IMG/VR virus record: IMGVR_UViG_3300029258_001887
DNA length: 64,000 nucleotides
Direction: 5' to 3' (one strand)
From: a virus
The notes under the pieces were generated by a model. It did no database searches, had not been told where the DNA came from, and saw only the letters and a list, made by a program, of their open reading frames with translations. Position 1 is the first letter of the stretch. The number at the start of each line of letters is the position of its first letter. The translations under genes and the position numbers were made by a program. This document shows, piece after piece, positions 59,072-64,000 of the stretch.

Positions 59072-59674
59072 TTACTTCTCCGCTTCGTGTAGGAGTTCTT
59101 CGAAGTATGCCTGACTTTCTGCTTCGGTCAGACGACCCTTGAGATTCTTTTTGCGCTTGGCTGCTAGTGCCAAGACATCGGATGCGTCACATAGGCAGTC
59201 AATAGCCGACTTGAAACTACCCAGGTCTGCCTGGATTTGTGCTAGTCCCATGACACGTTTTTTTCTACGTTGCGTTATGATCTCTGTTTCCGTGTATATG
59301 GATATACTGACACCTGATTCCCATTTTGCCGTGATACAAACGCCTTCGTGACCCCAGATTCTAAGATAGTAAGTTCGTGGTTTCAATAGACGTTTGAGTT
59401 CGGCTACCGCCGCAGCTTTGGTGAGGGTTGACTTTGCGCCAACAGGGACGAAACCACGTCCGGTTTCCAGGATAACTCCTGGGGACTTTGAGCACTGCAT
59501 ACACTCGTTGTCCGGTTTCATACTGAAGTCACAGTGGGTGGTTGGGATGCGTCTACCACACACAGTGTGTGCCATCTGACGATCATTAAGAATCGAATCG
59601 ACGTGACGAACACGGTGCCACACAGCCCCTTTGCGACTGAGTGATTTCCGGTACCATCCTCTGAACACTTCCAT
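59072..59674 (-). CDS. hypothetical protein (N-terminal H/C zinc-binding motif)
   Basis: WH...CG...C..C. Confidence 0.5.
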   Translation of the reverse strand: MEVFRGWYRKSLSRKGAVWHRVRHVDSILNDRQMAHTVCGRRIPTTHCDFSMKPDNECMQCSKSPGVILETGRGFVPVGAKSTLTKAAAVAELKRLLKPRTYYLRIWGHEGVCITAKWESGVSISIYTETEIITQRRKKRVMGLAQIQADLGSFKSAIDCLCDASDVLALAAKRKKNLKGRLTEAESQAYFEELLHEAEK

Positions 59675-59675
59675 C

Positions 59676-59879
59676 TTACTCCCCTTCTACGAGTTTCTGT
59701 AGGAGTCTGGCGAACATCACCTCACCGGCATCCCTACCCCCTGCATAGGCATCGTCTATATTGCCGCCACAGTAATCGTAGACCATGAATTCTGGATCGT
59801 CAGGCCAGCACTCTCTTGTAGCCGTTTCCTTGATCAATGTGAATATCGCATCAAGTCTGTCTTTGCTGTCGTCGCCCAT
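59676..59879 (-). CDS. hypothetical protein
   Basis: TAATG-coupled short ORF. Confidence 0.5.
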   Translation of the reverse strand: MGDDSKDRLDAIFTLIKETATRECWPDDPEFMVYDYCGGNIDDAYAGGRDAGEVMFARLLQKLVEGE

Positions 59880-60100
59880 TATTCGTCCCACTCCGATCCG
59901 CCGAATTCATCGGCGATATGAGATGCCAACGAAACGATCCTCTTGGCGGTCTCAACCTGCTTCTGTTGATCCTTGACCTTCCCCTTCCAGCGGGCAACCG
60001 AAAGCTCAAGGGTGCTAACTCTGCGCTGTAGCCGCTTGAGTTCTTCCCTGACAGCCTTGTTGATCGATTTGTCGTTTACGTCAACTGTCACTCTCGCCAT
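59879..60100 (-). CDS. hypothetical coiled-coil protein
   Basis: Short coupled ORF. Confidence 0.5.
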   Translation of the reverse strand: MARVTVDVNDKSINKAVREELKRLQRRVSTLELSVARWKGKVKDQQKQVETAKRIVSLASHIADEFGGSEWDE

Positions 60101-60362
60101 CGTATCGGTCTCCCCCAGGTGAGAAATGTTCTATTTCCCACTCGATTGCTGTTTCTCGGTTCGTATGAGTGTACAAGACTTCTCCGCTGAGAGATAATAC
60201 TTCCCAGCTTTGCTTTGCCTCGTTGAACTCAACGTTAGACGCCTTGCGCACTTTGACAATTTCCCCGATGGAATATAAATCGATGATGTCGGTATATAGG
60301 CACCTAACATTCCCATCCTCGTCAATCTCCAGTGTTGTTTTGTTCATTTGGTTTTGCTCCAT
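60081..60362 (-). CDS. conserved-looking hypothetical protein
   Basis: IDEDG.VRCLY...IDL...G...RKASNVE pattern, recalled from DUF1257/DUF2997 neighbourhoods. Confidence 0.55.
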   Translation of the reverse strand: MEQNQMNKTTLEIDEDGNVRCLYTDIIDLYSIGEIVKVRKASNVEFNEAKQSWEVLSLSGEVLYTHTNRETAIEWEIEHFSPGGDRYDGESDS

Positions 60363-60981
60363 TCGCTTTTGTTGTTAGCGCTTTGGCAACAGACCAGTTG
60401 TATCTAAAAATACGACACCAAAGAGTGTGTCTATTTATGCCCAACTCTTCTGACCACTCAGGCAGACTTTTGGTTTTGCCATCATATGTTAAGATACAAT
60501 TGTTCCGTTTGTTCCTGGCATTTTGTTGTGGTTCTACCCAGCGACAATTTCCAGGTTTATAGTGATCATTATTATCTATTCTATCTATTTGACACGAAAC
60601 TGTTGGTGGCTCACCCATGTCTGCTAGAAAATTTTCGAATTTTTTCAACCTTCGACACACCCCAATCCCTCTCCCACCGTACAGATAATAATACTGATGA
60701 TTTGGATTTTTACATCGGGAGATAATGTTTTCCCATGTTCTGTACGTCTTGCTTTTCTGATTGTTTTTTCTGTGGCCATGTTTTGTGAATCTGGTTGCAG
60801 ATTTTTCGTTTTTAAGACAACCACAGCTTTTTGTGTGCACGCTTCTTAGGCTATAACCAGACACAAGATGGGTGTTGCCACAACAACACCTACATAACCA
60901 CATTACTTCTTTGCTGTGGCTACTACCACACCGTTTCATGACCACAAGCCTGCCGAATTTCTGTCCAGTCAGATCAATCAA
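60322..60981 (-). CDS. HNH-type homing endonuclease (YGGRGI family), paralog of 56050..56664
   Basis: DLTGQKFGRL, YGGRGI.VC, IDRIDN...NCRW. Confidence 0.85.
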   Translation of the reverse strand: MIDLTGQKFGRLVVMKRCGSSHSKEVMWLCRCCCGNTHLVSGYSLRSVHTKSCGCLKNEKSATRFTKHGHRKNNQKSKTYRTWENIISRCKNPNHQYYYLYGGRGIGVCRRLKKFENFLADMGEPPTVSCQIDRIDNNDHYKPGNCRWVEPQQNARNKRNNCILTYDGKTKSLPEWSEELGINRHTLWCRIFRYNWSVAKALTTKANGAKPNEQNNTGD

Positions 60982-61995
60982 CTAACTATCCTTTGGCATT
61001 GTTTCGCTGAGAGATAGTGGGCTCACCACAACGTACTTCACAGCAGACCGTAGTTGGTCAAGATTCTCAGCGCCACCCATCGCAAGACCAGACCTGATTC
61101 CCTTGATGTACTCGCCCACGACTTCTTCTGTCTGGCCTCTGTCCCCCATCTCGATCTCGACACCCTCTGGGGCAATGTCTGGCCTACCGGAAACGGCACG
61201 ACTGCTCATTCCACGGTACATCTTACGACCGTCAATACGGGGGGTCGCATTCGTTCCAGCCAACATGTACCCGATCATACACGCATCAGCGCCAGCCCAA
61301 AGAGCCTTGACCATATCTCCGCTGGTTCTAAGTCCACCATCAGCGATAATAGAAATGCCGCCATATCCAGCTTCTAGAGACTGGTATGCTTCTTGGATGG
61401 CTGCTAGCTGTGGATAACCAAACCCAGTGACTAGTCTGGTAGTACAAGCTGCTCCAGGGCCGATGCCGACCTTAATGGCATCCACACCATGATCTGCGAA
61501 TTTGCGGGTGGCCTCTGGGGTACACACGTTGCCAGCCATAATGATGAAGTGGTGGTGATCTTTCAGTCCTACCAAAATCTTGATGGCTTCATACATCTTT
61601 TCGTGATCGCCATGAGCCACATCCAGACAGATGACGTTGCATCCAGCGTTGAGTAGTAGCTGTGCCTTTTGGCCTACGTCCCCCTTGATGCCGATTGCAC
61701 ACCCAATGTTGTTTGCCCCTTGGTTGCGAGCCCAATGGATTTCGCGTATTTGTCTACCCATCTCTTCGTCTGGGTCAAGATTGATGTGACGGCTGAGGAT
61801 ACCGAGACCGCCGATCTTGTCCATGACTACGAGCATATACTTCCCGGTAATCGAATCCATTGGGGCGGAGATAAGTGGAGACCTCAACTCCAATTTGCCA
61901 AGATGCGTTGACACATCCGGCACTGTCCGCGAGTCCAGTTTGGAGTATTGCGGGACGAGCAAGATGTCGTTGAAACACAGCTTTCGATCCTGCAT
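60982..61995 (-). CDS. IMP dehydrogenase / GMP reductase family (no CBS domains)
   Basis: F.D.LLVP, SAPMD, DVAHG, KVGIGPGAACTTR, IADGG, YRGM. Confidence 0.9.
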   Translation of the reverse strand: MQDRKLCFNDILLVPQYSKLDSRTVPDVSTHLGKLELRSPLISAPMDSITGKYMLVVMDKIGGLGILSRHINLDPDEEMGRQIREIHWARNQGANNIGCAIGIKGDVGQKAQLLLNAGCNVICLDVAHGDHEKMYEAIKILVGLKDHHHFIIMAGNVCTPEATRKFADHGVDAIKVGIGPGAACTTRLVTGFGYPQLAAIQEAYQSLEAGYGGISIIADGGLRTSGDMVKALWAGADACMIGYMLAGTNATPRIDGRKMYRGMSSRAVSGRPDIAPEGVEIEMGDRGQTEEVVGEYIKGIRSGLAMGGAENLDQLRSAVKYVVVSPLSLSETMPKDS

Positions 61996-62004
61996 GGGTT
62001 ACTC

Positions 62005-62382
62005 CTATAGTTCGATTCGCCGCACAGACGAATGCTTCCTCTTCTCAGTTGGTTTGGTGATCGGCTTTGGCTTCTTGATCCTGACCTGACTGATTTGCCC
62101 GTCACCATTAGATACAGTCACAGCACCGCACATCATAAAAAACTGAGATGGGCTGATAAGGTCAATACCCATAGACCTGGCCTTCTCAGCTTTGATAGAC
62201 TTACTATTCGCATCAGCGATAACCAGGATGGTGGTCCTGTTGGTGACAGAGTTGGTTACATCTGCGCCAGCGCCGAGTGCGATAGCCTGCATTTCCGACC
62301 GTGGTCTCGGGGACTTACCGGTGAAACAAAAGACAGCTTCTTTCAGCTTGCCGGTGTCTTCGTTGATGAATTTCAAGGCCAT
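62005..62382 (-). CDS. stand-alone BRCT-domain protein
   Basis: FCFTG...R......GA....SVT..T..LV......S.K..KA...G. Confidence 0.8.
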   Translation of the reverse strand: MALKFINEDTGKLKEAVFCFTGKSPRPRSEMQAIALGAGADVTNSVTNRTTILVIADANSKSIKAEKARSMGIDLISPSQFFMMCGAVTVSNGDGQISQVRIKKPKPITKPTEKRKHSSVRRIEL

Positions 62383-62387
62383 GATCT

Positions 62388-62801
62388 CTACCTATAACCA
62401 GTGACAACGACTCTCTGACGACCACCGGGACATCTTTCTCTGGTGACTGTACGACCACGCGATTCCTGCTCGCGTCGTACTTTATGGAACGCATAATTGC
62501 CTTTGAGTTGTCCGACCCACTGCTCACCATATCGACCTCGATCATACGCAGATATGATTGCTGCGTAGCTTCCTTCGTCATCCTTGACGAACCCAATGTC
62601 GTTAGAAGCACTGCCGACATGCTTCTTTCTGATAATTACGTGTGCAGTCTCAGGGCGCTGATCTCCACGATATCCAAATAGATGCTGAGGAACCTGGTGG
62701 ACTTCAATTTGCTGACGAGTCCACTCACCAGTTTCCATTAGAGCATCTACGAGAGCGGCCTCATCTTTGAATTGGGTTTTGACGGTGCAGTATCTAGACA
62801 T
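62388..62801 (-). CDS. DUF1257-like protein
   Basis: MS.Y..VKTQFKD...LV.AL, SNDIGF, IIS.YD. Confidence 0.7.
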   Translation of the reverse strand: MSRYCTVKTQFKDEAALVDALMETGEWTRQQIEVHQVPQHLFGYRGDQRPETAHVIIRKKHVGSASNDIGFVKDDEGSYAAIISAYDRGRYGEQWVGQLKGNYAFHKVRREQESRGRTVTRERCPGGRQRVVVTGYR

Positions 62802-63382
62802 TAGAGTTCTCCACGAGCTTTCAACCACCTCGCCCTTGCGAACGCATTCATCGAACGAAATGTGTCTGCGATAAATTCATCATCGAACTTATCGCAACCA
62901 CAGCCAGGACAGTCGTCGTCGTCGTCATCGTCTTCGTCGTCCGACTCATCCCAACATCCACACGTATCTGGATCGAGACCGCAGTGAATACATTCGTCGT
63001 TGTTACAAAGACAATCTTCCCATGGCTGTTCACACTCTGGACAATAAGTGTCCAGACAATCTTCACACAAGAGTTTGCCATCTACACGATCGCAGCATCC
63101 ACACTGATCACACCCTGCGTTGCCGGTATCTTCTCCGTCGCCATCTAGTTCGACGATACGAACCGGCTTAAGCGCTATAGCGAATTTGGGAACATCACGA
63201 GATGGATCGTGGTTCTCACGCATCTTCCTTAGCTCTGCTGCAACACCGCCGTTAATGCCAGAGTCAAATGTGGTAAAAATCTTGTCGTGTAATTCGATAC
63301 ACCGACCGCCTGCGTAGTATCCGATTCCCCACGCAACTCCAGAGTGGTAACAACCACCCATCTGAATATCATGTTCACACAT
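62801..63382 (-). CDS. hypothetical protein with Cys-rich, Asp-rich C-terminal half
   Basis: Multiple CxxC and a D/E run. Confidence 0.55.
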   Translation of the reverse strand: MCEHDIQMGGCYHSGVAWGIGYYAGGRCIELHDKIFTTFDSGINGGVAAELRKMRENHDPSRDVPKFAIALKPVRIVELDGDGEDTGNAGCDQCGCCDRVDGKLLCEDCLDTYCPECEQPWEDCLCNNDECIHCGLDPDTCGCWDESDDEDDDDDDDCPGCGCDKFDDEFIADTFRSMNAFARARWLKARGEL

Positions 63383-63397
63383 TACGCTTTCTCCAGT

Positions 63398-64000
63398 TTA
63401 CAGTACGACCCGCCTCTTCAATTCACCAATGAACTTACTACCACTTTGACCCTCGGCAGCAGCCTTATTCCTAATGGCTTCGAGTGCCTTCGTGACGCTG
63501 TTCTTGACGGTAGCAGATTCGAAATCCTGCGGCGCAACACCGGCATCCAGGAATGTGTCCCTGAATTCAGTCAACATATTCTCAATTTCTCCGTCGCCAA
63601 AGATGTTCATCGACCGGAAGCGATCGACGTAGTTTCGGAAACAAGAGATTGACTTCGGAGTCAGCCGCTTACTGTCTGTTTCGTCGCCAAATGGTTTCCC
63701 GTTGATTCTGGCGGTCATCAACTCACAGAATCGCACAGTTTCATCACGCATAGCAGTGACATACTCGCCGACGAACTCACCAACTTCGTTCTGCATCTGC
63801 CGACGAAGTTCTGCCTCTTTCTCGTCTTGCACCTTCTGCCGGGCGACCACTTCCTCGGCGCTGGTGGCCTCGATAGACCCCATTCCAGCGATACGGAACG
63901 TGAACCAATCGAACTGGAACCTCTCCCGCAGGGCCTTCGGATTTGGCGGGTAGTGACCCTTTAGACACTTGTCCCAAAATTCTGGGTGTGCTTCCCTGAC
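63398..64000 (-). CDS. DUF3150-like protein, 5'-partial
   Basis: Frame open to the window edge; YP...LRERFQFDW and F..MNIFGD.EIE motifs. Confidence 0.55.
   Translation of the reverse strand, partial: VREAHPEFWDKCLKGHYPPNPKALRERFQFDWFTFRIAGMGSIEATSAEEVVARQKVQDEKEAELRRQMQNEVGEFVGEYVTAMRDETVRFCELMTARINGKPFGDETDSKRLTPKSISCFRNYVDRFRSMNIFGDGEIENMLTEFRDTFLDAGVAPQDFESATVKNSVTKALEAIRNKAAAEGQSGSKFIGELKRRVVL

Noticed and set aside
1-64000. CRISPR array or cas operon (prompted by Cas4-like nucleases at 33563 and 44121)
   Set aside because: No regularly spaced direct repeats and no cas1/cas2 seen; these are typical phage PD-(D/E)XK nucleases
1-64000. Stop-codon reassignment
   Set aside because: Genes are full length and tightly packed in the standard code; all three stop codons end genes

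Overview
This window is a gene-dense segment of a large dsDNA bacteriophage (or phage-like replicon) read in the standard genetic code. Bases 1-10629 (+) encode probable virion proteins, including two paralogous ~216-aa Ser-Gly-rich proteins around a 1170-aa protein. Bases 10626-64000 (-) form one long block of replication, metabolism and regulation genes. That block contains: a Whirly-like ssDNA-binding protein beside a Rad52-like annealase; about 18 glycan-related genes (GT2, three GT4 with one carrying a 390-aa LAGLIDADG intein, GT32, epimerase, three methyltransferases, a sulfotransferase and a nucleotide-sugar cassette); and a DnaE polymerase split into two genes 8.5 kb apart with no intein. 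It also encodes primase, DnaB, RecA, SSB, two sigma factors, class II RNR, ThyX, dCMP deaminase, GuaB/GuaC, RNase HI, a Xer-type recombinase, ClpP, an orphan BrxL-like ATPase, peptide deformylase, five HNH endonucleases plus a remnant, a candidate histone-fold protein and an atypical tRNA-like RNA. An exactly spaced GGAAC-N18-TATAAT promoter occurs four times. The best candidate for an undescribed system is a phage-encoded pathway for a methylated and sulfated glycan, possibly attached to Ser-Gly-rich virion proteins. All family calls come from motif recognition by eye; no searches were run. Some starts were moved from the ORF track to the likelier start codon.
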